Assembly (NCBI GenBank): GCA_009785215.1
Contig: WQWU01000002.1
Location: 21,489 to 85,488 of the forward strand
Reading direction: 5' to 3'
DNA: 64,000 bases
From: Treponema sp.
Lineage (GTDB): Bacteria > Spirochaetota > Spirochaetia > Treponematales > Breznakiellaceae
A program made the translations under genes and the position numbers. The stretch's first letter is position 1; each line of letters opens with the position of its first letter. Positions 29,644 to 41,100 of the stretch are shown here, in pieces. Under the pieces are notes generated by a model that was given only the letters and a program-made list of their open reading frames with translations, searched no databases and was not told the DNA's origin.

Positions 29644-31439
29644 CAAAAAAAATAATCATTGGGCTTGGCTCCTGCGGAATTGCTTCCGGCGGGATGAAAG
29701 TAAAGGATGTATTAGAAGCTCTTGTTAAAGAAAAAAAGGTTGATGTAAGCCTTGGCGAAACAGGCTGCATGGGTATGTGTTACAAAGAACCCATGATAGA
29801 AATTGCAGATGATAACGGACGCACAATCTACGGCGATGTCGATGAAAAAACAGCGCAGAAAATATTTGAAAGCCACATTATTAACGGCAAACCGCTTATG
29901 GAATTTGTCGTATTGTCATCGAACAGTAAGGCTGACGGCAGCAGCGAAGCTGAATGGACAGGCGGCTCTGAATTAAACTTTATATCACGCCAAAAAAGAA
30001 TCGTACTGGAACGCTGCGGCGAAATGAATCCCGAATCAATTGATGATGCGTTAAAAATGGACGCATACAAAGGTTTAGAAAAAGCCGTAAAAAGTATGAC
30101 GCCCGAGCAGGTAATAGAAGAAGTTTTAAAATCCGGCGTTAAAGGCAGAGGAGGCGCAGGCTTTCCAACTGGCATGAAGTGGAAGTTTGCTGCGGGAAAT
30201 TCAGCAGACCAAAAATACATTATATGCAACGCCGACGAAGGAGACCCTGGAGCTTTCATGGATAGGAGTATTCTTGAAGGTGATCCGCACAGTGTAATAG
30301 AAGGGTTAATCATCGGCGGTTACGCTATCGGTGCAACCAAAGGATACATTTATGCGAGGGCGGAATACCCAATCGCAATCCGCCGTTTAAAAATTGCAAT
30401 CAAGCAGGCAGAAGAGCGGGGATACCTTGGCGATAATATTTTAGGCACTGGTTTAAAGTTTCATTTGTATATCAAAGAAGGAGCAGGCGCATTTGTCTGC
30501 GGCGAAGAAACTGCGCTAATCGAATCTATCGAAGGGCATAGAGGCATGCCGCGTATAAGACCGCCTTTTCCTGCAGCCCGCGGTCTTTTTGACAAACCTT
30601 CCAATATTAACAACGTAGAAACATTTGCAAACATCGGCTGGATAATCAGAAAAGGCGCGGATGTTTTTACCGCATTTGGAACTGAACAAAGCAAAGGTAC
30701 AAAAGTTTTTGCGCTTGCAGGAAAAGTAAAAAGAGGCGGTCTTGTAGAAATACCAATCGGTTTAACCGTTAAAGATGTAATCTTTGACATCGGCGGCGGA
30801 ACAAAATCCGGCAAACCTTTTAAAGCTGTGCAAATGGGCGGCCCTTCGGGCGGCTGCATTCCTGCGGACAAAGTTGACACTATTATCGATTATGCTACGT
30901 TAGCTGAAACAGGCGCTATCATGGGTTCCGGCGGAATGATCGTTATGGACGAAGATAACTGCATGGTTGACATTGCAAGATACTTTTTAAATTTTACACA
31001 GTCCGAGTCTTGCGGAAAATGTACGTTCTGTAAAATCGGCACAAGAAGAATGCTGGAAATACTGGAAAGGATTACAAAGGGTGAAGGCGAAGAGGGTGAC
31101 ATCGAAAAACTGGAAACTCTTGCTCAGCAAATAAGAATAAACGCATTGTGCGGGCTTGGGCAGACAGCGCCAAACCCTGTTTTAACTACGATTCGTTATT
31201 TTAAAGACGAATATACTGCACATATAAAAGAGAAAAAATGCCCAACCAAACAATGCAAAGCGCTTATCAAATTTGATGTTTCAGATAAATGTTCAGGCTG
31301 CACATTATGTGCAAAAAAATGCCCTGTAAATGCAATTAGCGGTAAAGTAAAAGAATTGCACAAAATAGATCAAAACAAATGTACAAAATGCGGAATATGC
31401 AAATCTATCTGCAAGTTTGATGCAATTTTAGTAAACTGA
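29640..31439 (+). CDS. NuoF/HydB-like NADH/FMN-binding subunit with extra Fe-S domains
   Basis: N-terminal thioredoxin-like 2Fe-2S, GRGGAGFPTG, NADEGDPG, CGEETAL, ESCGKCTFC and C-terminal 2x[4Fe-4S]. Confidence 0.93.
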   Translation: MTKKIIIGLGSCGIASGGMKVKDVLEALVKEKKVDVSLGETGCMGMCYKEPMIEIADDNGRTIYGDVDEKTAQKIFESHIINGKPLMEFVVLSSNSKADGSSEAEWTGGSELNFISRQKRIVLERCGEMNPESIDDALKMDAYKGLEKAVKSMTPEQVIEEVLKSGVKGRGGAGFPTGMKWKFAAGNSADQKYIICNADEGDPGAFMDRSILEGDPHSVIEGLIIGGYAIGATKGYIYARAEYPIAIRRLKIAIKQAEERGYLGDNILGTGLKFHLYIKEGAGAFVCGEETALIESIEGHRGMPRIRPPFPAARGLFDKPSNINNVETFANIGWIIRKGADVFTAFGTEQSKGTKVFALAGKVKRGGLVEIPIGLTVKDVIFDIGGGTKSGKPFKAVQMGGPSGGCIPADKVDTIIDYATLAETGAIMGSGGMIVMDEDNCMVDIARYFLNFTQSESCGKCTFCKIGTRRMLEILERITKGEGEEGDIEKLETLAQQIRINALCGLGQTAPNPVLTTIRYFKDEYTAHIKEKKCPTKQCKALIKFDVSDKCSGCTLCAKKCPVNAISGKVKELHKIDQNKCTKCGICKSICKFDAILVN

Positions 31440-31461
31440 TTTTATTGGATCGAGGAAAAAA

Positions 31462-33678
31462 ATGAGTGAAAATATTAACATAACAATTAACGGAAAAAAA
31501 TGCGAAGCAAAATCTAATCAATCTGTATTGGATGCTTGCCGTGAAAACGGCGTAGTTATCCCAACACTTTGCCACGACCCAAGATTAAAACCGTTTGGTT
31601 CGTGCATGATCTGCCGTGTAGAAATTGAAGGTGAGCGCGGCGTACCGCTTTCGTGCGGCGCACAGGTAAGAGACGGCATGATAATTACAACTGAATCCGA
31701 TGCGATAAAAAAAGCAAGAAAGACCTGTCTTGAACTTTTAGTCTCCCAGCACTACGGCGACTGCACGGCTCCATGCGTTCTTGAATGCCCCGCACATACC
31801 GATGTTCAAGGTTACATTAATCACATTGCAAACAACAGATACGATGAAGCATTAAAATTGATAAAAGAAACTAATCCTCTGCCTGTTGTGTGCGGAAGAA
31901 TTTGTGCACGCCCCTGCGAATCAAAATGCCGCAGAAATATTTTTGAAGGTAAGATCGGCATTGCATATTTAAAAAGATTTGCCGCAGATATCGATATGAA
32001 CAAAACAAAACCTTATCTGCCTGAAAAAAAACCTGCAACCGGGAAAAAAGCGGCAATTATCGGCGCAGGTCCTGCCGGATTATCAGCGGCATGGTTTTTG
32101 GCACAAGAAGGCCACAGAGTAACAATTTTTGAAAAACAGGAAAACCCCGGCGGTATGCTTAGGTATGGTATTCCTTCCTACCGCATGCCCAGGGATCTTC
32201 TTGATAAAGAAGTAGAAATAATTAAATCGCTGGGTGTGGAAATCATTTACAACACAGAATTCGGAAAATGCATCACAGTAAAAAGTTTAAAAGAAGACGG
32301 TTTTACATCGATTCTTCTTGCTGTCGGCTCGCAAAAAGGTTATCCGTTAGGTGTAGACGGCGAAAGCGGCTGCTCCAATATTTTAATAGGCGTTGATTTT
32401 CTTGGCTCGGTTACAAGGGGAAAGCAGCCGGATTTTGCCGGAAAAAAAATCGCAGTTGTCGGCGGCGGCAATACAGCTATGGACTGTGTAAGAACTGCAA
32501 TTCGCCTGGGAGCGGAAAATGTTAAACTCATTTACCGCAGAACGATTGCAGAAATGCCTGCCGATGAAATGGAAATTGAAGAAGCGCAGCTGGAAGGTAT
32601 TGAATTTAACACTTTAACAAACCCGGTAAGTGTTTCGCAAAATGGCAACATCATCAATTTAAAATTAATTAAAATGGAACTTGGCGAACCAGATGCTTCC
32701 GGCAGAAGGTCGCCGCGTCCTGTTCCAGGATCGGAGTTTGATCTAACTGTAGATTATGTTATTTCTGCTATCGGGCAGACTCAGGATTTAAGCTTTATCG
32801 GCGAAGACTGTAATGTTTCAACTAACCGTGATTGTTTAACAGCAGATAAAAACACAGCCATGACCAATGTAAATGGAGTGTTTGCAGCGGGTGACAGTGT
32901 TACAGGTCCTAAAACTGCCATTATGGCAATAGCCGGAGGAAAAAAAGCGGCTTATGTCATGTCATTATACATGAACGGAAAAAACGAATCTCTCATTTCT
33001 TCCTGTGAAACAGCTGGTCAGGTTTACAATCATATCAAAGTAAAAAATTATCAGGATATTGACCCGGCGTCTTTTGTTAATGAAAAAAATAAACCAGTCA
33101 AAAAAATGGAAAAAATAAAAATGCCCATGCTTACAAAAGAACAACGCAGCCAGAACTTTAATGAAGTTGAACTGGGTTATTCCGAAGAGCAGGCAAAGAG
33201 AGAAGCTGAAAGATGTCTTGAATGCGGCTGCGCAGATGCCAGCGAATGCAAACTGCGTCAGTATGCTGCTATTTATGAGGCAGATCAATTTGTTTATAGC
33301 GGAACTCCTTCCAGGCAGGCTGTGTATCAAATTGATACTAGTCATCAATATATTATAAGAGACAGGAACAAGTGCATTTTGTGCGCACGCTGCGTTCGCA
33401 TTTGTATAGAATCAGGAAGCGGAGTATTCGGCTTTTCAGGGCGCGGGTTTGATACCACAGTAGAGCCGCCGTTCAGCCTTCCGTTAGGCGAAGAAAAAAG
33501 CTGCACAAGCTGCGGTCTTTGTGTTTCGACATGTCCTACCGGCGCATTAACGCCCTGTAAAGATATAATACTGCCTACTACAGCTTATACAGATAATGCG
33601 CATCTGGATAATAACGATGTTAAAGTTACAAGCATTACAGATGCAGTAGAACAGTCCGTTAGGGCAAAAAAAGGATAA
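31462..33678 (+). CDS. NuoG/HydA N-terminal Fe-S domains fused to a GltD/NfnB-like FAD/NADPH domain
   Basis: IPTLC...CMIC [2Fe-2S], CGRICARPCE, GAGPAG, GGGNTAMD with YRR (NADPH type), CILCARC and CTSCGLCVSTCP. No H-cluster or molybdopterin domain. Confidence 0.88.
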   Translation: MSENINITINGKKCEAKSNQSVLDACRENGVVIPTLCHDPRLKPFGSCMICRVEIEGERGVPLSCGAQVRDGMIITTESDAIKKARKTCLELLVSQHYGDCTAPCVLECPAHTDVQGYINHIANNRYDEALKLIKETNPLPVVCGRICARPCESKCRRNIFEGKIGIAYLKRFAADIDMNKTKPYLPEKKPATGKKAAIIGAGPAGLSAAWFLAQEGHRVTIFEKQENPGGMLRYGIPSYRMPRDLLDKEVEIIKSLGVEIIYNTEFGKCITVKSLKEDGFTSILLAVGSQKGYPLGVDGESGCSNILIGVDFLGSVTRGKQPDFAGKKIAVVGGGNTAMDCVRTAIRLGAENVKLIYRRTIAEMPADEMEIEEAQLEGIEFNTLTNPVSVSQNGNIINLKLIKMELGEPDASGRRSPRPVPGSEFDLTVDYVISAIGQTQDLSFIGEDCNVSTNRDCLTADKNTAMTNVNGVFAAGDSVTGPKTAIMAIAGGKKAAYVMSLYMNGKNESLISSCETAGQVYNHIKVKNYQDIDPASFVNEKNKPVKKMEKIKMPMLTKEQRSQNFNEVELGYSEEQAKREAERCLECGCADASECKLRQYAAIYEADQFVYSGTPSRQAVYQIDTSHQYIIRDRNKCILCARCVRICIESGSGVFGFSGRGFDTTVEPPFSLPLGEEKSCTSCGLCVSTCPTGALTPCKDIILPTTAYTDNAHLDNNDVKVTSITDAVEQSVRAKKG

Positions 33679-33735
33679 GAAAAAGTAAAGGACGAATACG
33701 GCTGTATTTCTTCTTTACTTTTTAAACTTTTATAA

Positions 33736-34161
33736 CTAAGCTTTTTTGCAGTAATTGCAGCCCAATACATGAATATGATTTTTGCGTTCAGGACGATCAA
33801 ACATTCGCGCAACAAGATAATCCTTAACTGTCATTTTGTGTTTGCAAATTGGACAGTACCTGGGAACATTGTTTTCCAGGCAGCTGATACAGCCTTTAAT
33901 ATGTACCAGGCGATCCTTGCTGCGTACGCCTGTGGCAAAAGCAATTGTTTTAACAAGATCGCCCCTTAACATTCTTATGGAACATACAGGACAGATCATA
34001 GGATCTCCGGGTCTGCCTCTTCTTGATACTCCCTTGTTTTTACTCCAGGGAAGATACGGGTAAATAGGTGACATTGGTCCAAAAAATAAAAATTGCCCGA
34101 TCCACAGAAGAATGATTCCGCAGATGACAAATAAAAGTATTTGTATAAATTCTCCCATCAT
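33736..34161 (-). CDS. membrane-anchored Cys-rich (4x CxxC) hypothetical protein
   Basis: N-terminal TM helix, then CPVC, CISC, CPIC and CNYC. Confidence 0.75.
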   Translation of the reverse strand: MMGEFIQILLFVICGIILLWIGQFLFFGPMSPIYPYLPWSKNKGVSRRGRPGDPMICPVCSIRMLRGDLVKTIAFATGVRSKDRLVHIKGCISCLENNVPRYCPICKHKMTVKDYLVARMFDRPERKNHIHVLGCNYCKKA

Positions 34162-34210
34162 TTATTATTTTACGCAAAAAAACAAAAAAAACAACCCTCT
34201 TAATTGTTTA

Positions 34211-34250
34211 TTCAATCTTTCATTATTTTGTTAAATAATGAAAGATTGAA
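34211..34250. terminator. perfect 18-bp inverted repeat at the 3' end of the large operon
   Basis: TTCAATCTTTCATTATTT-TGTT-AAATAATGAAAGATTGAA. No clear U-tract on the minus strand. Confidence 0.55.
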
Positions 34251-34273
34251 ATACTTTGCCTGAAGCACTTTTG

Positions 34274-35125
34274 TTAATAGTAAAAATCCTCGTCCATTTC
34301 GCTGATTTTAGACAAACTACGATGCATTGCTAAAAGACCGACAAGCTCCTCTTCTTCATCTAGTGTGAATAAAGGTCTTAATAAAATTTCTCTTTCACTT
34401 TTTATTTCTAACCGCAAAAGGCCGTCAGGAAAAGAAGAGACAGTTTCAAATGTTTTTTCGTCTATCTGCTTTAGAAGATATGTTCCATGGCGTATAGCAA
34501 AAAATGGAATATCTCTGTCTATTTCCATGTAGAGCAGGCTGTCTGCAGGATCATCTATAAGGCGGTATTCATTTAATGAAGGCAGCCTTCCCCATATACC
34601 AACAAGCGGGTTTTCCAAAGAGATTTGCTCGCCTATTCTATCACCCGCATTAAAAAAATATCCATTTCTGTTTCTTGTTAAGTGGGAATAATTATCTCTA
34701 AATTTAATTTCAAAATGATCTGTTCCCATAATAGAACCAATAGGATATAGATTATCATTTTCTTCCTTCAGATGATAAAGAAAATAAAACAACTCATACC
34801 TGAGCCGTACTTGATATAGATCACTTCTTTCAGGCATATCAAGATTTCTGAATGTTACACGAGGTGTCATAGGTCCAACCCAATCGTATATTTCTACAGA
34901 TCTATTTTCTAGATATCTGCCGTCTGAAATACTCCAATAATACTCGGTAAGTATATCGAAATCCCCATCGGTTATAATAAAAACCGAATCTGATGTTGAT
35001 ATATTGTTATTTTCATTAACAATATCATATTCTGTATCTTGTTTTTTTTCATTAGCAGATTTGCTGCAGGAAAAAAACATTATAAGAACTAACAAAAAGA
35101 AAATTAAATTACAAAACCTTTTCAT
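34274..35125 (-). CDS. lipoprotein, candidate immunity protein
   Basis: FFSC lipobox. Its AGGAG RBS overlaps the stop of the giant gene. Function inferred from position only. Confidence 0.7.
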   Translation of the reverse strand: MKRFCNLIFFLLVLIMFFSCSKSANEKKQDTEYDIVNENNNISTSDSVFIITDGDFDILTEYYWSISDGRYLENRSVEIYDWVGPMTPRVTFRNLDMPERSDLYQVRLRYELFYFLYHLKEENDNLYPIGSIMGTDHFEIKFRDNYSHLTRNRNGYFFNAGDRIGEQISLENPLVGIWGRLPSLNEYRLIDDPADSLLYMEIDRDIPFFAIRHGTYLLKQIDEKTFETVSSFPDGLLRLEIKSEREILLRPLFTLDEEEELVGLLAMHRSLSKISEMDEDFYY

Positions 35126-35134
35126 TTTTTTCTC

Positions 35135-38100
35135 CTATCTTCTGAAATTTTGATGATAATCCTGTAAAAAAGCCTGGTAAGCATTTTCTACAACCGAATA
35201 ATTACTGCCGGATGTTGGAGTAACCATAAAAATATCCCAACGATCTATGTCAGAAAAATTATATTTTTGCCTTCCAAGATCGCCGCTACTGTTCCATGGA
35301 TTAGCGGCACGTATTTCACTAATTCCAGTTGGGTTGCCATTACTATCAATAATGAAATCGATTTCGGAAAGCATTACAAAGTGACCTTTTATTTTTAAAC
35401 ACGCCAAATACATCGTATTAGATTGATTTAACAGGAAAAGTTCTTCTAAACTTGGTTTTTCTGGAGCATTAACCGGAGACACGGAAAATAACCCGTCTGT
35501 GTTTTTTGTTATTATATCTGCCATGTTTTGACTAGATAAAAGTGTATTACTGGAGTAAAGTTTATTATCTCTTGCAAAGTCTTGCAATTGCAGAGCATTA
35601 AATGTTTTTCCGGTTAGAGCTTCCAATGCATATTTTGTAGACATAAACCTGCATCCATATGTGTGCAATGAGATAAAATTCAGAGCCTCGTATCCATTCT
35701 CTTTTAAATAACTTGCATTTGTTCTGAATTCTTCCCAACCGATTAGAACAGATCCTTCTGATAGTTCATTAACATACTTGTTATAGGCTGCTTGTTTTCT
35801 TTCCTCGTTTATCTGATTTACTCTCTCTTGCGATGCTCCATTTAAAAGCGGAATATTCCTATACCTTTCTTCGTTCTGATAATTACTTCCGGTACTTGCT
35901 GGTAAAAAGAAATAATCTTTATCATTTTGGTATGTTAATTTTAAATAATCATCAAACATCGAAAAATCACCTGTTGATAAAGCATTAAGATAAAAATAAT
36001 TTTCTAAATCAAAGTCTGCATTATAAGAATAAAACCAGTCATGTTCTGCTTGAATCCGGTCTCCCATTAATATTCTTGCAATAGATGCTTCTTTAAGTTC
36101 ATCAAAATTAGATTTATCTGTAACAATTTTTCCAGATGTATCTATTTCTCCCACACCATACCCATCCCGGTATGCTTCGTGACCAAGAATGACAGCTAAA
36201 CGAAATTGCTCTTCTCTGCTCATATTCTTCTCATAACCTGCAAAATCAATAATTCTTTTGCCCTCGCTTCTAGTTGAAAGAGCATAGAAATCACCATCGG
36301 CATTTGTGTTTAGTAAAACATCTCCTTTTAATATATCACGCAATTGGTTTTTTTGGTCATTATTTCCGTAGCCATATTGAGCCCGTAAAGCAATATCGGC
36401 AACAAAACCATTGCCGCTTTCTTTACCCTGCTCTTTAATATATTTATTGATTTTTGAGTTTACATTCCATACTTGAGCCCCGTTAAAAGATGCAATTAAA
36501 TTGTTTATACCGACATTAGCGCCGCCAGTACCGATGTTCATATTAACGCCGCTGCGTCCTAAGTTTAATTCTAAAAGACCGCTGCTAAGTTTTTCTTTGC
36601 CAAAAATTCCCAGATTAAAAACATTCAGGGTAAAATCATTTCCTAAAGCATAATTTACTCCTTGACCGGCAAGAGAACCAGCAAGATCGTTTAATTTTAA
36701 TAAATTTTGTTTGTTTTTATTACTAAAACCGTCCAATTTATCTGAATTAAAACCAGTATTCAATGCTGTTAAACTGGTAGTTACGAATGAACCTGCCATC
36801 GATGTCAGCGTATTAGTATATAAGCTGTTAAATCCTGCATTAAAAATGTTAGCATTATATCCCCAATTTCCTCCCGATGTGTAAGTAATCCCGTTTATTG
36901 CGCTTGTTGCAAGTGAAATTGATGCTGTCTGTGCTCCTGTCATCAATGTTTTAGAGGCAACTTTATAAAAAGTATTATCAAATAAATCAAAAGCCTTATC
37001 TGAAAGCCCGCCGAATAATCCTCCTCCAATACTGCTTATGGAATTTGACAGAATTGTTTTTCCCATATTAAATCCGGCTTCATCCAGCGTTTTATATCCA
37101 TAAGCAACATCCAGAGAGCTAAAAAGAATTTCGCTTGATGAATTTATACCTACAACTAATGCTATCCCTGCAAAACCCGTTCCGCCTGTTAAAGCGCCTG
37201 CAGCTATTGAACAGGCAATTGTTCCTACAGTTCGAAGAGACGGCGAAGTAAACCAACTGCCGTCATCATTCCACATTCTTTTTTCCCATGGAGCCATCGA
37301 AAGTTCAGAATAACCTTTAGTATCGATAATTGACCAATAAGTAAACTCGGACATAAGACGTCCTAGTTCTCCGGCGCCTTCATCGTAAAACATTTCTCCC
37401 TTTCTGTTTCCCATTTGATCTGATGGTTTATTAGCAGGACTATATCCTATATGAGCGCCGAATCTTCCCGGAGACTGCATTCTATCCCTGTTAATCGATA
37501 TAGGATCTTTACCTATTCCGAAAATTTCATCTGCGATTGCCTGAACCTCGCTGTAAACATTTTCCAGTAATACCCTAATCGCAATAGAATTTAATGAAGA
37601 TAGATAGTTTTCATCCATGTTTGTTTTTAATGATACTGAACCCAAATTAAAGTTTATATAACCGCTGATAGTAACAGTTTCTGTAATTACAGGGTCAAAT
37701 AATGTTGAACCTTTCATTATACTTTTTACGTAATTGCTGCCGTTTTTACTCCATAACCCGTTAAAAATAAAAATGTTATCCATATTTTCTCTGAAATTGT
37801 TATTGGCTGCTTCTACATTGGCAGTTAAACCGGTAATTGCTTCATTGGCAGCTAATTTAGCGCTGTAAGCCAATTTTCTGGTTTCATTGTCTGCAATTTC
37901 TGCATTTGTTTTTCTTGCTAAATCTGATGCTGCAGTTTTATCCAAAGCTGCGTTCCAAACAGAAACATTGCCAAGTCCGCGTTTTACAATAGCAGAAGAA
38001 GTGTTGGCTATATTGTTAATTGAGCTGAATGCATTAGACATTTTTGAAATTCCGGAAAATTGCAGAAGTTCTGACAAAAGAGCCTGCGCTTCCGGAACAG

Positions 38101-41100
38101 AATCACGAATGCCAAAAGGTTCTCTTGTATCAATAAAACGGCTTAAGCGTTCTCCTTCTGCTCCCATTAGCGATAAAAATGAATTTGAAGATGCCTGATT
38201 TGCGGCGTTTGCAGCCTGCTGCAGCCAAATTTCTTTATCCTCAAGACCTGCAAGATAAACTCTTGCCCATTCATCGCTTACTCGCTCGTATTCATTTTGG
38301 AAATTTATCTGCCATTCTCTGAATGAAGCTTCAATTCTTTGAATACCGGTTATCCAGTCCATTCTTCCATTTTCTAAAATTAAAGCAGCCGAGTTCTGCC
38401 ATTCAAAATATTTATCCAAAATATCAGCAAACATCTGATTCCATTCTGCTTCTCTGGCTGTTAGTTCGGACATATATCTGTTCTCTATTGTTTTTGCAGT
38501 TAATAATGTCAGTTCTGCTCCTAAATTGCCAAATTCAGAAATAAAATTAAAGTTTTGTTCCATGTTCATGGATATATCACTTAATAAAACGGAATGTATA
38601 ATATTTAAATGATTTTTCCAGGAAGCAGTATTTTCTCCATAAGCTTTTTGTGCAGTATTTTTCAATTCACCAATATCTATCGTTCCTGCAATAAATGAAT
38701 CTACAGCGGTTAAAAAATTAGATTCATTCTGATTTTGATTATCAGCAATAAATATCCAATATTTTTCCAGATTACTTTTTGCAGCTATTTCTTCATTGTT
38801 TGTCCACACAAGAAGAGCGTTTAACGCTGCAGGAACGCTGGTAAAAGTATTATTGGTATTTCCGGAAAACTTTTCCCAGCTGGCTTTTATCTGCAAAATA
38901 TTTTCTTCTTTTAATTTATTTGCCGTAATTAAAGTAAGGTTGATATCATCCCAGGTTATAACATGAGAGTTTGATTTATTACCTTCCAGCAGCTGCAGTT
39001 TTACGCTGGAATTATTATAAGCTCCTGCATTATTCTTTATTAACAGCAAATTCCCGCTTAATCCATTTACCCATCTCTGAGCTGTATTGGAAATAGTACT
39101 AATAGGCGAATAAATGTTACGTAAAGCTACGCGGTTTGTTCTGACCATTGTATCAAAAGTTGTGCCAGACCATGCTTTTTTTTGTTCTCTTAGTGCATAG
39201 GTATAAATATCGTTTACATAGCTATCAATATAATTGCCGGCATCTCTTGCATACATTTGCGAAAAACCAGATAAATAATTATTTCCAATTCCGGATAATG
39301 TCAGAATAAGATAGAACTCAAGATCTGCCTGTTCTTCTTTATTTAATCCATTCCATGCATCACGGAACATATTTTCGGCATTTATAAAAATATGTTCATA
39401 TCCAATAGCTTCTCTTATGGTTCTTACCCTGCTTCTTCCGTAATCTACGTTAGTAACTATCTGCTGATCCAAGACACCTTCCAGACTTGATAATCCAGTA
39501 TATTGATTTCTTAAAAAACCTAAATCTCCGTTTGCATTTGATAAAGAAAGAATCAGATGGTTTCTTGCATAACTCCATTGCCTGTATTTGTTTCCATCGG
39601 TTAGATATCCGGACATCCTTTCGCTTAAACCTCTTAATGATTCCTCGAAAAGGGTTATCTCATATCTTTCGTCATTATTAATTGCATTTGAATTAAAAAA
39701 TAATTCAATATCTTTTGCTTTTGTTTCATCAATCCCGGATAACCTTAAGGAGTCATCTTTGGAAAATACAATACGTCCGTCAATAACTGTTATTATGTCT
39801 TTTAAAGACCACTCTGTCCTGTTACCAGAAGATATATAGTTATTGTAATTTTGATCAATATAACCAAGCTGATATAAAGCATTTTGATAACTGTTAAACA
39901 GATTCATATTATTCATTCGTTCCTGCATAGCGGCAGATGTTACTGCTTCAACAGCTTCAAGTACATTAAGTTTAATACGAAAACATTGTTCGTATGCCAG
40001 ATACAAATCATTATACACGGGATCATTAAAGGTACGCACATTATCATTTTTATAAAGATCAGATAAAACATTTAAAACCGTCTGAGCCTTTTGCAATTTT
40101 TCTCTGTTATTAGCAAGATTTATGTTATCTGTATTTAAATAAGAAGTAGCTGCCCATCGGCGGATTGCATCCTGCATTTCGTACTCATATCGTTTTAAGT
40201 CCTTATACTCGTATGCTTTTTTAAGCATACTATACTGATTATCATAAAGAAAACCAATATTATTAAATTTATCAGCTTCCTGGAAATAATCATTTTTTAG
40301 CGTATTATATACTCCTTCGTATTCTCTAAGTTCATTTTCTTTTGCCAGCAATTGCATTCTTGTTTCATCTGGAGACATTTTTGCATATTCATATGCTCTG
40401 GCTGTATCTGTTATTTCATTATAAAGAAAATCCAGAAGTTGAAAGCGGTAAGCTAATTCGGATAAACCAGTATAATAGAAAGAAAAATAATAATCTGCAG
40501 TTTCACTTGCATTATACACATCTGCATGGGAAAATATTTTTAAGGCATCATTCACTCTATTAGTGAAATAAGCTGCATTAAAAAGCAAGTCTGCAAGATA
40601 GCCGTCTTTTTTGGATGAAGCTGCTTCAATGAACAAGTCTTTATCAGCAAAAAAATCATCTGGAATATACTGGCGCCAATTGTTATTTGTTTCTGTTAAA
40701 TCCTGCGATTGAATAAAAACCAAATTTAAAAGCGCATTAACCCAATTAACAATTTCAATTTCCAGCCATTTTGGCACATCTATAAAACAGCTTTCAAATT
40801 CAATTGCAAAATTAACAGCATTTTCTTCAGCATCTCCGGGTTTCTCTAAAATTGCCTGTAAAACAAAATGAATATCAGGTAAATAATCTTTTTCTGCTGA
40901 TATACTGTAATTATCAAAAAGTAAAAATAGTGAATTATTTATATTATTCCACATCTCTGCATGGCAATAACCGGAATCTTTTGCTTCAGCCAATCCCCAC
41001 AACATACCGTATTCAAGAATGTTTTTATATTCCGATTCATCTCCTTCTTTTTGAAAAAATAAATATTCATCTGCCAAATAATTAAATTTCGCATTTAAAG

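Noticed and set aside
29931-29952. Small hairpins (GCTG-ACGG-CAGC, CAGC-GAA-GCTG) in the NuoF-like linker
   Set aside because: Four-bp stems are expected by chance and cannot support a third inserted element.
29107-33678. [FeFe]-hydrogenase or respiratory complex I
   Set aside because: No H-cluster motifs and no membrane Nuo subunits.
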